Assembly (NCBI GenBank): GCA_964418865.1
Contig: CAYQNT010000003.1
Coordinates: forward strand, 18,641 to 63,298
Length of the DNA stretch: 44,658 nt
Direction: 5' to 3'
Source of the DNA: an uncultured Rikenella sp.
GTDB taxonomy: Bacteria; Bacteroidota; Bacteroidia; Bacteroidales; VadinHA17
The translations under genes were made by a program, and so were the position numbers. How positions within the stretch are numbered: position 1 is the stretch's first letter; every line of letters starts with the position of its first letter. This document shows, piece after piece, positions 18,818-27,594 of the stretch. The notes beneath the pieces are model-generated. The model was not told where the DNA came from. It did not search any database and worked only from the letters and a program-made list of their open reading frames with translations.

Positions 18818-20695
18818 ATGGATTTGTACAAGATGAAATCAGAGTCATTAAGTGAAGTACATTCTACAGTAAGAACAGATAAAAAGGGGTGGAGAAGAGT
18901 TTTCGCATTCATGGGGCCTGCCTATTTGGTGAGCGTAGGTTACATGGATCCGGGAAACTGGGCAACAGACATTGCAGGAGGTTCAGCATTCGGGTATAAA
19001 CTAATTTGGGTTTTACTCATGGCCAATCTTATGGCAGTGCTTCTGCAGTCGCTTAGTGCCCGGTTAGGTATTGTAAGAGGTATGGACCTGGCCCAGGCCT
19101 CAAAAAATGCCTACCCTAAATGGGCCAATATTCCTCTGTACATTTTAGCGGAAATAGCTATAGCTGCCTGCGATCTGGCTGAGATTGTGGGAATGGCTAT
19201 AGGCCTGAACTTACTATTTGGACTTCCCCTGATCTGGGGTATAAGTCTGACAGCCCTGGATACAATCTTATTACTTTTTCTTTTAAAAAAAGGTATACGG
19301 TCTATGGAAGTATTCATCGTATCCCTGGTTTTTATAATCGGCATTTCATTTTTAATTGAGATGTTTATTGTCGCGCCTGTGTACAGCGATGTCTTGCAGG
19401 GATTTGTACCTTCAGAGTTAAGCGGCAATGCTCTTTATATAGCTATTGGCATTATTGGGGCAACAGTGATGCCTCATAATCTATACTTGCATTCATCACT
19501 GGTCCAGACCCGTAAATTCGACCGCTCACCCGGCGGAATGAAAAATGCTATCAGGATGAATCTGTTCGATACCACTATTGCTCTCAACCTGGCATTTTTC
19601 GTAAATGCAGCTATCTTAATACTGGCAGCGGCAGCCTTTTATGTCAATGGATATTTTCATGTGGCCGAAATTCAGGATGCCTCCGAATTATTGAAAAACT
19701 TGTTTGGGAAAGCTGCGCCGACATTTTTCGCCATTGCGCTGATTGCTTCGGGTCAAAGCTCAACCATTACCGGCACATTAGCCGGACAGATTGTGATGGA
19801 GGGCCACCTGAACCTGAGGATACAACCCTGGCTCAGGAGGCTGATTACACGCTTGTTGGCCATAATACCAGCCATATTCACTATTATTTATTTTGGTAAT
19901 GAGGCCCTGGGAGGCTTGCTGATATTAAGCCAGGTGGTTTTAAGCCTTCAACTGGGGTTTGCTGTTATTCCTCTCATCCATTTTAATTCTGACAAAAAAC
20001 TGATGAAAGAGTTCACCATAAAACCATGGGTAAAAATTTTGGCGTGGCTCAGTGCTTCCATTATTGTTTATCTGAACATTGCACTGGTTTTTAATGAAAT
20101 ATCGGGATGGATTACTAATGCCGGAGAATACAAGATCCTCATCTATAGCATCATAATCCCTATCGCGTTGGCTAGTATTGCACTTTTGGGATATGTATTT
20201 ATTCATCCGTTTATAACTTCAGCTGCCAGAAAAAGAAAACCGTTACCTCATGGACAGGCAGTTGATTTTGCCAAGATTGAAGCTATAAGATATAACCATA
20301 TTGCCATAGCTATAGATTTCTCAGGTAATGACCAGCAAATAATAAAAAGTGCTCTGAATCAAGGCGGCAAATCAGCTAGCTATACAATTATCCATATAGT
20401 CGAAAGCGCCGCTGCCCGCTATCTCGGTAAAAATACGATGGACTATGAAACCCATCTCGACAATGATAGTCTGGTTAAATATCAAACCAAATTGCAGGAG
20501 TTAGGTTATAAAGTCAATATTCAAATAGGTTTTGGGAGCGCTTCCTCCGAGATTGTAAAAATAATTTTATCCATGGATGTCGATTTATTGGTTTTGGGAG
20601 AGCATGGTCATAAAGGATTTAAGGACCTTGTGCTTGGCACTACAGTTGATTCAGTAAGGCACAAAGTAAAGATTCCAATACTAATTGTCAGATAA
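18818..20695 (+). CDS. mntH: Nramp-family divalent metal (Mn2+/Fe2+) transporter fused to a C-terminal universal stress protein (USP) domain
   Basis: The Nramp signature is GPAYLVSVGYMDPGNWATDIAGG with MPHNLYLHS. The last ~145 aa (IAIAIDFSGND...IIHIVES...LLVLGEHGHKGFKDLVLGTTVDSVRHKVKIPILIV) form a USP fold. Confidence 0.85.
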   Translation: MDLYKMKSESLSEVHSTVRTDKKGWRRVFAFMGPAYLVSVGYMDPGNWATDIAGGSAFGYKLIWVLLMANLMAVLLQSLSARLGIVRGMDLAQASKNAYPKWANIPLYILAEIAIAACDLAEIVGMAIGLNLLFGLPLIWGISLTALDTILLLFLLKKGIRSMEVFIVSLVFIIGISFLIEMFIVAPVYSDVLQGFVPSELSGNALYIAIGIIGATVMPHNLYLHSSLVQTRKFDRSPGGMKNAIRMNLFDTTIALNLAFFVNAAILILAAAAFYVNGYFHVAEIQDASELLKNLFGKAAPTFFAIALIASGQSSTITGTLAGQIVMEGHLNLRIQPWLRRLITRLLAIIPAIFTIIYFGNEALGGLLILSQVVLSLQLGFAVIPLIHFNSDKKLMKEFTIKPWVKILAWLSASIIVYLNIALVFNEISGWITNAGEYKILIYSIIIPIALASIALLGYVFIHPFITSAARKRKPLPHGQAVDFAKIEAIRYNHIAIAIDFSGNDQQIIKSALNQGGKSASYTIIHIVESAAARYLGKNTMDYETHLDNDSLVKYQTKLQELGYKVNIQIGFGSASSEIVKIILSMDVDLLVLGEHGHKGFKDLVLGTTVDSVRHKVKIPILIVR

Positions 20696-20835
20696 ATTGT
20701 CTACTCGCCGCAAAAAGCATAAGTGACCAATTGCTTTCAATCCCCCGGTTTTAAATACTAAACAAAGGCATTGAAGCAAGAAAAGGGATCGAATACTAAC
20801 TCCGCAGCAAGCTACGGAGAATGCGCTCGCAGGAT

Positions 20836-21900
20836 TCAGTAGCTGAAGACAACAGAAGTCGGGAAACGCGCAGTGCTGAAACTTTTCTGTTCCATCCCGC
20901 TCGTGTTAAAAACTACTGCCTTTGAATTTATCTCATCCAGACAAACAATATCACCGCTTACCGGGTCAATGTCTATTCCGTAAAACAGCTGATCTATCAA
21001 TTTTGTGGTTGGTAACGAGGTGGCTGTAGGTGACATCGAGTAAACTCCGTCATTGAGATAATAAATCGTGTTACCATCACTGCTTGCTGCAATATTGTTT
21101 ATGCCGGAAGAGCTCATTATTGTGAACGGGAATGTGGAAACAACTTTTGTAGATACATTAATCTTGCTGATGCCGGCATTTGAGTAAGTTACATTGGGCC
21201 GGTTGGTGTAATCAGCTACACCTTTGCAATATGCCCAGATATTATTGTTTTTATCGGCTACAATATCAACCGGGACTGCTGCAACCTGAAAAGTATTGGA
21301 AATAGCGAATGTTACCGGATTAATTTCAACTACTGCGGTTCCATCATTATTCCATCCTCCGGCAATTGCTGCATACACTTTTGAATTCACAGCTATCAGC
21401 TTTTCAGGGCCGGTGGCAATTTCGAGAGAATCTGATTTTTTAAGTGAAGTCAAATCAATCTTATAAATATAATTATCAGCCTGTCCATTACCGTTTGAAA
21501 CATAAATCGAACTTTCATCCGCTCTTACCACGCTGCGGGGATAGGAGAATCCAGTAATGGTTTTCACAACTTTAAAATCTTTCATATTCACCACTGTGAT
21601 CTTTTGTGCGTTATTCACCACCATGAAACCAAGAGTGTCTACAATCTCAAACGACTGAACAACATCTCCCGGACCAACACCATTAGCTGAAGAGTAGAGG
21701 GTTTTAATTAATTGATTCAACTCTGAATTATAAAAAGAGATCTCACCATTGGCCTGACCATAAACACCTTCACACACTACAAACATCCCTTTAAGATTTT
21801 TTGCCGTGTTATCCGGTTCAGGTGCTTTTTCACATGATGACAATAATAATGTTGTTCCTGCAATTATCAGTAGCCAGCTTCTTAAAAATTTAATCTTCAT
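20836..21900 (-). CDS. Surface-exposed beta-propeller lipoprotein (YncE-like / DUF5074-like), putative BtuG-like B12-capture partner of BtuB
   Basis: The lipobox is LLLSSC, followed by acidic EKAPEPD (a Bacteroidota surface-export-like signal). Repeated blade-like motifs are present (FVVCEG, IYVSNGNG, VYAAIAGG, IWAYCKG). The gene starts 21 nt downstream of btuB, under the same riboswitch. Confidence 0.55.
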   Translation of the reverse strand: MKIKFLRSWLLIIAGTTLLLSSCEKAPEPDNTAKNLKGMFVVCEGVYGQANGEISFYNSELNQLIKTLYSSANGVGPGDVVQSFEIVDTLGFMVVNNAQKITVVNMKDFKVVKTITGFSYPRSVVRADESSIYVSNGNGQADNYIYKIDLTSLKKSDSLEIATGPEKLIAVNSKVYAAIAGGWNNDGTAVVEINPVTFAISNTFQVAAVPVDIVADKNNNIWAYCKGVADYTNRPNVTYSNAGISKINVSTKVVSTFPFTIMSSSGINNIAASSDGNTIYYLNDGVYSMSPTATSLPTTKLIDQLFYGIDIDPVSGDIVCLDEINSKAVVFNTSGMEQKSFSTARFPTSVVFSY

Positions 21901-21921
21901 ATTTTCAGGTTCAAGTATTTT

Positions 21922-23847
21922 TTAAAACGTGTAACTCATTTTTGTTGCCCAGTAACGGCCCGGCATTGGGAATAAGCGGATAAGCTCATAGGTAGTATTT
22001 GTAAGATTATTAACAGTTATATGCACACCCAGTTTCCCCTTCCCAACTGGAATATTTACTCCGGTTTGTATATCCATTGTCTGATAAGGATCGAGAAGGG
22101 AGTCATCATCATAAAAACGATCAGCTGTAAAATGATGCCATACCGTAAAATCCACAATGCTTACTGATAATTTATTCTCCCATGATGTGATGACTCGCGG
22201 AGAATAAACCATCTTTTCTTCTCCAGCGCCAGAGGGATTTTTTATCACTGAACGGTTAAGCGTCAGCATGAGGGATGAATGATATTTCCACACTCCCCGC
22301 TGCATATCAACAATAACATTTGCATCCATCCCGGCTGTAACAACCTTATGATAGTTCTTTGCCGTCCAATATGCTCCGGCAGGGCGCCATACTATTATAT
22401 TCCTGATCTCTGACCAATATAAACCCATATCGGTAGAGAGTTGCGTGTTGCCCTTACCCCATATCTTAACCAATGTACCTGCTTCAACTGAATAACCGGT
22501 TTCAGGTTTAAGATCTAGATTGCCACCCGGTATCCAGAACAGGTCGTTGAATGTCGGCTTGCGGAATTTTTGCGAAATGTTGGCCCGTAGAGTCCATTTC
22601 CCCGGCGTGACTTTCCAGGCAATTCCAAATGAAGGTAAAATGCCGGAATCAAAATTACTGTTCCACTCCTTCCGAAGCTCTGTTTGCCATGTCAGACGGG
22701 ATCTGTCAAATTTTATTCCCGCAAAGGCTGTCAGCCCTTTTTCTATTTTCTCACCACCATAAGAGGATACATCAGCTGTGATATAAGTACCTATTATACC
22801 GGCATCAATAGATAAATATGGACGTATAAAATACCTGAAGTTAGCGTCGCCATAACTTTGAAGAGCCTTAATATTTGATTCAATACTATTCACAGTTGAT
22901 TGTGCTGAAGCCTTTTGAGAAAAGCTTTGCTCATCATTAAAGAGTGCTGCTTTTACCTGTAATCCCCAGCGATTTCCCGACTTCTTATAGGCTGCAAAAA
23001 ATTTAAGGGTTGAATCTGCCTGAGACTGAAAAGATGTGGATCCTATACGCGAGGGAATATTATAGGTCTTGACCTGATACCACATGCCGGCCTCCAGGGT
23101 TGATGACGACGAGAGCTTCAGTACTGCCTGCTGAATCAATCCTGCATCATACCAAGCACCATCTGTTTGCTTACGATCGCGCTGCATGATGTAATCATAA
23201 TAGTTAAATTCATTATCCGAATCAGACAACCATACATTTACCTTCCATGCCAGTTTACTGTTTCCCACATGAAACGAAGCGCTGCCTGAAAGGGTTTTGA
23301 GTGACTCATAATTCAGGCTTGCTGATCCGTGCAATGCCTTTTCAGGCTTCAGGTTATTATCCAGATTAATTGCACCGCCAAATGTGCCACTACCATAAAG
23401 AGCGCCGGGAGCGCCATAAACAACAGATATGCGATCAAACCCCACAACGGGGATCATGGAAAAATCAGATGACCCCAGGGTGACTGAATTAATCGGAAAC
23501 CCATTCCAGTTTACCTGAACATGGCTTGCGGTATTGCCTCGCAGGGAGACAGTGGCTAATGCTCCACCCACACCATAGGATTTAACATTAAGGGCTGTGT
23601 TGTATAATAAAAAACGTCCCAGTGATTCACCGGCGTGAGGTCTCAGGTCATCCGGCGAAAATATGTCTGCCTTAACATCACTTCTAAAATGATGGCTTCG
23701 CGGTGCACTTATAATTACATCCGGAATATGGTATATAGTGTCGGCAATTGGCTGTGAGAATGCTTTGCCACTACAAATAGCAGCAAATAAAAATATCAGG
23801 CATATCGGTTTAATCAGTTTGGCAAATAGGCTTCGCTGAGCTCGCAA
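21922..23847 (-). CDS. btuB: TonB-dependent outer-membrane receptor, cobalamin-type
   Basis: Has a plug domain (VSLRGNTASHVQVNWNGFPIN), a ~620-aa barrel and a terminal ...YTF. It lies downstream of a cobalamin riboswitch. I prefer the in-frame TTG at 23847, which gives the signal peptide MRAQRSLFAKLIKPICLIFLFAAICSGKAFSQ. The ORF-track start at 24021 adds 58 aa of translated repeat before the signal peptide. Confidence 0.8.
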   Translation of the reverse strand: MRAQRSLFAKLIKPICLIFLFAAICSGKAFSQPIADTIYHIPDVIISAPRSHHFRSDVKADIFSPDDLRPHAGESLGRFLLYNTALNVKSYGVGGALATVSLRGNTASHVQVNWNGFPINSVTLGSSDFSMIPVVGFDRISVVYGAPGALYGSGTFGGAINLDNNLKPEKALHGSASLNYESLKTLSGSASFHVGNSKLAWKVNVWLSDSDNEFNYYDYIMQRDRKQTDGAWYDAGLIQQAVLKLSSSSTLEAGMWYQVKTYNIPSRIGSTSFQSQADSTLKFFAAYKKSGNRWGLQVKAALFNDEQSFSQKASAQSTVNSIESNIKALQSYGDANFRYFIRPYLSIDAGIIGTYITADVSSYGGEKIEKGLTAFAGIKFDRSRLTWQTELRKEWNSNFDSGILPSFGIAWKVTPGKWTLRANISQKFRKPTFNDLFWIPGGNLDLKPETGYSVEAGTLVKIWGKGNTQLSTDMGLYWSEIRNIIVWRPAGAYWTAKNYHKVVTAGMDANVIVDMQRGVWKYHSSLMLTLNRSVIKNPSGAGEEKMVYSPRVITSWENKLSVSIVDFTVWHHFTADRFYDDDSLLDPYQTMDIQTGVNIPVGKGKLGVHITVNNLTNTTYELIRLFPMPGRYWATKMSYTF

Positions 23848-23965
23848 ACCAGGTACCCGGTGGCTTACTATAGCATTTGAGGCCGTCAACTTAATAACCC
23901 TGGCAAATAGGCTTCGCTGAGCTCGCAAACCAGGTACCCGGTGGCTTACTATAGCATTTGAGGCC
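23821..23965. repeat. Perfect 64-nt direct duplication (period 81 nt) over the btuB start region
   Basis: ggcaaataggcttcgctgagctcgcaaaccaggtacccggtggcttactatagcatttgaggcc occurs at 23821-23884 and identically at 23902-23965, separated by 17 nt. Confidence 0.95.
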
Positions 23966-24180
23966 ATAGCTAGCCCAGGGATTAATACCCATTGATTTAC
24001 CTGAATAACATTGATACGCATCTGCTACAATAGTTGTGATCAAAAACAACATGATAGCCACATCATAAAATCATGACACAGTTCTCACTCTGATTCATTC
24101 GCAGCAATAAATAAAAAGACAAGGATAGACACGTGATATGATCTACTCTTAGCCTTTCACCCGAAAGCTACGAAGTGTGA

Positions 24181-24354
24181 TACAGGCAGGTCTTCTGGCT
24201 CATCCTGTTTTGGCTGCCTTCCCATTTCACTTTGAGTTTAACAGTGGCGGGGTATGCCAAAACAAATATTGGATTTACAGCTGCGGGCACAGCTCCCGTT
24301 TTTCACGGGATTCCCTTTTCACTCCTATCAGAAAACATCTGACGGGAGAACCTG
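24181..24354 (-). promoter_or_regulatory. Cobalamin (B12) riboswitch
   Basis: The minus strand reads ...aggttctcccg...gtgaaaagggaatcccgtgaaaaacgggagctgtgcccgcagctgtaa...ccccgccactg...gggaaggc...agccagaagacctgcctg. This shows the conserved GGGAA/GTGAAAA core, GCCACTG (plus-strand 24242-24248) and the B12 box AGCCAGAAGACCTGCC (24185-24200). P1 pairs cagg.../...cctg. Confidence 0.85.
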
Positions 24355-24365
24355 AAATCGCAAGG

Positions 24366-24373
24366 CAAATATA
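24366..24373 (-). promoter_or_regulatory. Candidate -7 promoter element (TAnnTTTG) driving the riboswitch-btuB transcript
   Basis: tatatttg on the minus strand, ~12 nt upstream of the predicted riboswitch 5' end. Confidence 0.4.
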
Positions 24374-24471
24374 TCCCTTTTTCTGATACTAAGGGAGAAA
24401 TTAACAGAAACCGAACATCACTAGCGTCTGATCAGAATAATAAAATGAGATGTACTCACAAAAGGTTTCCT

Positions 24472-24479
24472 TATTTTTG
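24472..24479 (+). promoter_or_regulatory. Candidate -7 promoter element (TAnnTTTG) for the carotenoid operon
   Basis: tatttttg lies 110 nt upstream of the crtB ATG, divergent from the btuB promoter candidate. Confidence 0.35.
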
Positions 24480-24588
24480 CACTCTGGGTTTGTTTAATGT
24501 CAGGTACAACATAGGGTCGAATTACAGTAATCAAACCAGCCGGACACTGATGAATATTTATATGTAGCTTGAGTTAAAATTATTAAAG

Positions 24589-25428
24589 ATGATGCAGTTA
24601 TATAATGACGTGTCGTTCAGGATCAGTAAGATCATAACGCAAAAATATAGCACCTCATTCTCAATTGCAGTCAGTTTCCTTCATAAGGATACCCGTAATG
24701 CAATCTATAGTATTTATGGGTTTGTCAGGTTAGCAGATGAAATAGCAGACACATTTCATGATTTTGACAAAACGGATCTTCTCTATGAATTCGAAAGCTC
24801 ATACTACAAAGCCTGCAAGGATGGAATTAGCCTGAATCCAGTTTTACATTCCTTTCAGAGAACTGTTAAAAAGTATAATATTCCTGATGATCTCATACAG
24901 GCATTTCTGAAAAGCATGAAGGCTGATCTGGTCAAGAAAGGCAGCTATAATAAAAATGAGATAGACGATTATATCTACGGTTCGGCGGAGGCTGTTGGGC
25001 TGATGTGTTTGTGCATATTTATCGATGGGGATAAAAACAGGTATCAGGAATTGAAAGACCCGGCTATGAAACTGGGTGCAGGATTTCAGAAAGTGAACTT
25101 CCTGCGGGATCTTGAGAATGATATTTACAATCTCAACAGAAGCTATTTCCCTGAGATTGAGATAAGTACTTTTAAAAACGAAGTAAGGGATAAAATAGCA
25201 GCCGATATTGAAAATGATTTTTCGGCTGCTTTGGCAGGGATAAGAGAGCTGCCGAAGAATGCAAAACTGCCTGTCTTTATTGCCTATACCTATTATTTAA
25301 AGTTACTGAAGAAAATCAAACATACCCCTGCTGAAAAATTAGTTAAGACAAGAATAAGAGTTCCGGATGTTCAGAAAATGATGCTTCTGGTTAAAGCCGT
25401 TTTTATAGTTAAAATGAGGATGATTTAA
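24589..25428 (+). CDS. crtB: Phytoene synthase
   Basis: 279 aa of the squalene/phytoene synthase family. Contains YSTSFSIA, the first Asp-rich motif LADEIAD (24736-24750), YIYGSAEAVGLM and the second acidic motif RDLENDI. Confidence 0.85.
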   Translation: MMQLYNDVSFRISKIITQKYSTSFSIAVSFLHKDTRNAIYSIYGFVRLADEIADTFHDFDKTDLLYEFESSYYKACKDGISLNPVLHSFQRTVKKYNIPDDLIQAFLKSMKADLVKKGSYNKNEIDDYIYGSAEAVGLMCLCIFIDGDKNRYQELKDPAMKLGAGFQKVNFLRDLENDIYNLNRSYFPEIEISTFKNEVRDKIAADIENDFSAALAGIRELPKNAKLPVFIAYTYYLKLLKKIKHTPAEKLVKTRIRVPDVQKMMLLVKAVFIVKMRMI

Positions 25429-25443
25429 TCTGAAGGTTCATAA

Positions 25444-25539
25444 ATAGGCACAAAAGAAACGTATGTAATATTGGTTGATGAGAATGATGGCCCGGTTGAT
25501 TCAAGGGCATATATGAAAACGTTAATCCGCAATTATTGA
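25444..25539 (+). pseudogene. Possible remnant of the N-terminus of isopentenyl-diphosphate delta-isomerase (idi)
   Basis: A stop-to-stop frame with no ATG reads IGTKETYVILVDENDGPVDSRAYMKTLIRNY*. The VILVDENDxP block matches the N-terminal strand of type-1 IDI. The rest of the enzyme is absent. Confidence 0.3.
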
Positions 25540-25589
25540 AGGTAAAATAATGAGTCCATCTTTCCAGTAAGATTTTTAAACAAATAACT

Positions 25590-26297
25590 ATGTCGCTTTA
25601 TACCGGACTACTGTTTTTCTCAATCCTGTTTCCATTTATTCTGAGCTTCGATAAGAAAGTAAGCTTCTACAGAATGTGGGGCAGCCTGTTACCCTCTACA
25701 GTGCTTGTGGGCGCGTTATATATTGCATTTGATGTGTCTTTTGTAAAAAAAGGTATCTGGGTATTTAATCCTGAATATCATTCCGGCATAATCATTCTGG
25801 GCATGCCAATAGAAGAGTGGTTGTTCTTCATATTGATACCCTATGCATGTGTCTTTATTCATCAGGTTTTAATTTCATACTGGCCCCGGATTATGCTGGG
25901 GAAGAGGTTTGTCATATTTTTTTCTGCTGCTCTTATTCTGATCTTGCTGATAATTGTTTTGACAAATACCGATAAAGCATATACATTCTTTAACTTCAGC
26001 CTTCTGATAATTGCCCTTCTGTGGGCGCTTTTAGCCAGACGCGATCTGCTGGCCCGATATTATTTATCATTTCTTGTAATGCTGATTCCTTTTTTTCTTG
26101 TCAATAGTATATTAACCGGGACATTTATCGATGGAGAGGTAGTCTGGTATAACAATGCCGAGACACTGGGCATAAGACTTGGAACGGTTCCGCTAGAGGA
26201 TGTCGGATATGCCTTCAGTCTTATACTTCTTAATCTGCTGCTGATTGAGGAATTTCAGAAATTATTCGGTTGTAGAAAAAAAATAATCACTGTATGA
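25590..26297 (+). CDS. Lycopene cyclase, fused tandem lycopene-cyclase domains (CrtYc/CrtYd type)
   Basis: 235-aa polytopic membrane protein with the two diagnostic PxE(E/D) motifs, MPIEEWLFF and VPLEDVGYAF, one per half. Confidence 0.75.
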   Translation: MSLYTGLLFFSILFPFILSFDKKVSFYRMWGSLLPSTVLVGALYIAFDVSFVKKGIWVFNPEYHSGIIILGMPIEEWLFFILIPYACVFIHQVLISYWPRIMLGKRFVIFFSAALILILLIIVLTNTDKAYTFFNFSLLIIALLWALLARRDLLARYYLSFLVMLIPFFLVNSILTGTFIDGEVVWYNNAETLGIRLGTVPLEDVGYAFSLILLNLLLIEEFQKLFGCRKKIITV

Positions 26298-26971
26298 AAC
26301 TATCACATTCTACTTTTTTAAGCTTGATTTCAAAGTATCGGGGTTATGTAATTGCCTTTTTTATTATTTTTTATATCGTCGGGTTTATGGGTCTTGTTAT
26401 TCCATTTACCCACCATATGTTTATCAAGTTATTCCCCTCAGTCATTATTTTAAGTTTTGTTGCTATTCTGGTATTTCACCGCGAGCCCTACAATGTGAAA
26501 ACAATACTCGTACTGGCCTTAATTGTAATCATCGGGTTTCTGATTGAAGTTGCAGGTGTGAGAACACATCTAATATTCGGAAACTATACCTATGGAGAAG
26601 TACTGGGTTTTAAAATATTCAACACACCGTTAATCATCGGACTAAACTGGGTGATGCTTTCATATGCCTCCGGATCAGTGACGGAGAATTTTAACATCAA
26701 CATTCCCCTGAAGGTTATTACTGCAGCTGGTCTCATGGTTATTTATGATATTGTAATGGAGCAGCTTGCACCCCTATTGGGTATGTGGTCATGGGCAGAC
26801 AACATAGTGCCTTTCAGCAACTATTTTGCATGGTTCATAATGGCTCTTATATTTCAAACTTTTATAAGGGTAACACGGGTAAATGTTAAAAACTCAATTG
26901 CCGGGCCACTTTATTTAATTCAGATACTATTCTTTATCGCACTTTATATCTTTTTTAAAATCTCAACATGA
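26294..26971 (+). CDS. cruF: Carotenoid biosynthesis membrane protein (DUF422 / CruF-like carotenoid 1',2'-hydratase family)
   Basis: 225-aa membrane protein with IEVAGVRTHLIFGNYTYG...TPLIIGLNW and ...MEQLAPLLGMWSW...VPFSNYFAWF. Its ATG overlaps the cyclase stop (ATGA). Confidence 0.6.
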   Translation: MKLSHSTFLSLISKYRGYVIAFFIIFYIVGFMGLVIPFTHHMFIKLFPSVIILSFVAILVFHREPYNVKTILVLALIVIIGFLIEVAGVRTHLIFGNYTYGEVLGFKIFNTPLIIGLNWVMLSYASGSVTENFNINIPLKVITAAGLMVIYDIVMEQLAPLLGMWSWADNIVPFSNYFAWFIMALIFQTFIRVTRVNVKNSIAGPLYLIQILFFIALYIFFKIST

Positions 26972-27594
26972 TAATCAAAGCCAAACATCATTGGTTTATT
27001 TATCCTTTCTTTAAATTTTATGCTGTTTATAAAATTCGCAGGAATTTTCATGAAGCAGTGATTGTTGGGAATTACCTAGATAAAGGCTTGCCGGTATTAC
27101 TTTTATCAAACCACCTCAGCTGGTGGGATGGCTTCTGGGCCATGTACATAAACGTGAAGTTGCTAAAAAGAAGATTCCATTTCATGATGCTTGAGGAGCA
27201 GCTTAAACGATATAGTTTCTTCATTAATACCGGCGGCTATTCGGTTAAAAGGGGGGCAAGAAGTGTGGTTGAATCACTTAACTATACTGCAGAGCTTCTT
27301 TCTGACAACAGGAATATGGTTCTTCTTTTTCCACAGGGCAAGATAACCTCTGTTTACGATCAGAATTTGGTTTTTGAAAAAGGAGTTGAGCATATCCTCA
27401 AGAAAATTGAAGGAAAGGTGCAGATCATTTTTATGGCAAATCTTGTGGATTATTTCTCAGAAGAAAAACCTTCCCTTTTCATCTACTTAAGAGAATATGA
27501 TCTGGGAGAACACACTACAGAAAAGCTGCAGGAAGATTATAACAGGTTTTATTCAGATTGTGTCTCCGCAAACATTAAAAAAGCTGACAGTTAA
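26968..27594 (+). CDS. Lysophospholipid/glycerol-3-phosphate acyltransferase-family protein, candidate carotenoid-glycoside acyltransferase (CruD-like)
   Basis: HX4D motif NHLSWWDG (27109-27132). The ATGA overlap with the upstream gene and the TAATG overlap with the downstream GT2 place it in the operon. Confidence 0.55.
   Translation: MIIKAKHHWFIYPFFKFYAVYKIRRNFHEAVIVGNYLDKGLPVLLLSNHLSWWDGFWAMYINVKLLKRRFHFMMLEEQLKRYSFFINTGGYSVKRGARSVVESLNYTAELLSDNRNMVLLFPQGKITSVYDQNLVFEKGVEHILKKIEGKVQIIFMANLVDYFSEEKPSLFIYLREYDLGEHTTEKLQEDYNRFYSDCVSANIKKADS

Noticed and set aside
23821-23965. CRISPR array or cloning-vector polylinker. The repeat contains GAGCTC (SacI) and GGTACC (KpnI) close together.
   Set aside because: There are only two copies, 64 nt long, with a 17-nt spacer and no cas genes. 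The sequence around the sites does not match the pUC-type polylinker order, so the restriction sites are coincidental.
23848-24021. 58-aa N-terminal extension of the TonB-dependent receptor in the six-frame track (MRINVIQVNQ...ASNAIVSHRVPGLRAQRSLFA x2).
   Set aside because: It would put about 60 residues, including a translated 27-aa duplication, in front of the signal peptide. An in-frame TTG at 23847 gives a normal signal peptide, so I treat the extension as translated leader.
24177-24386. 69-aa plus-strand ORF.
   Set aside because: It lies entirely antisense to the cobalamin riboswitch, whose conserved core explains the sequence. It has no coding features.
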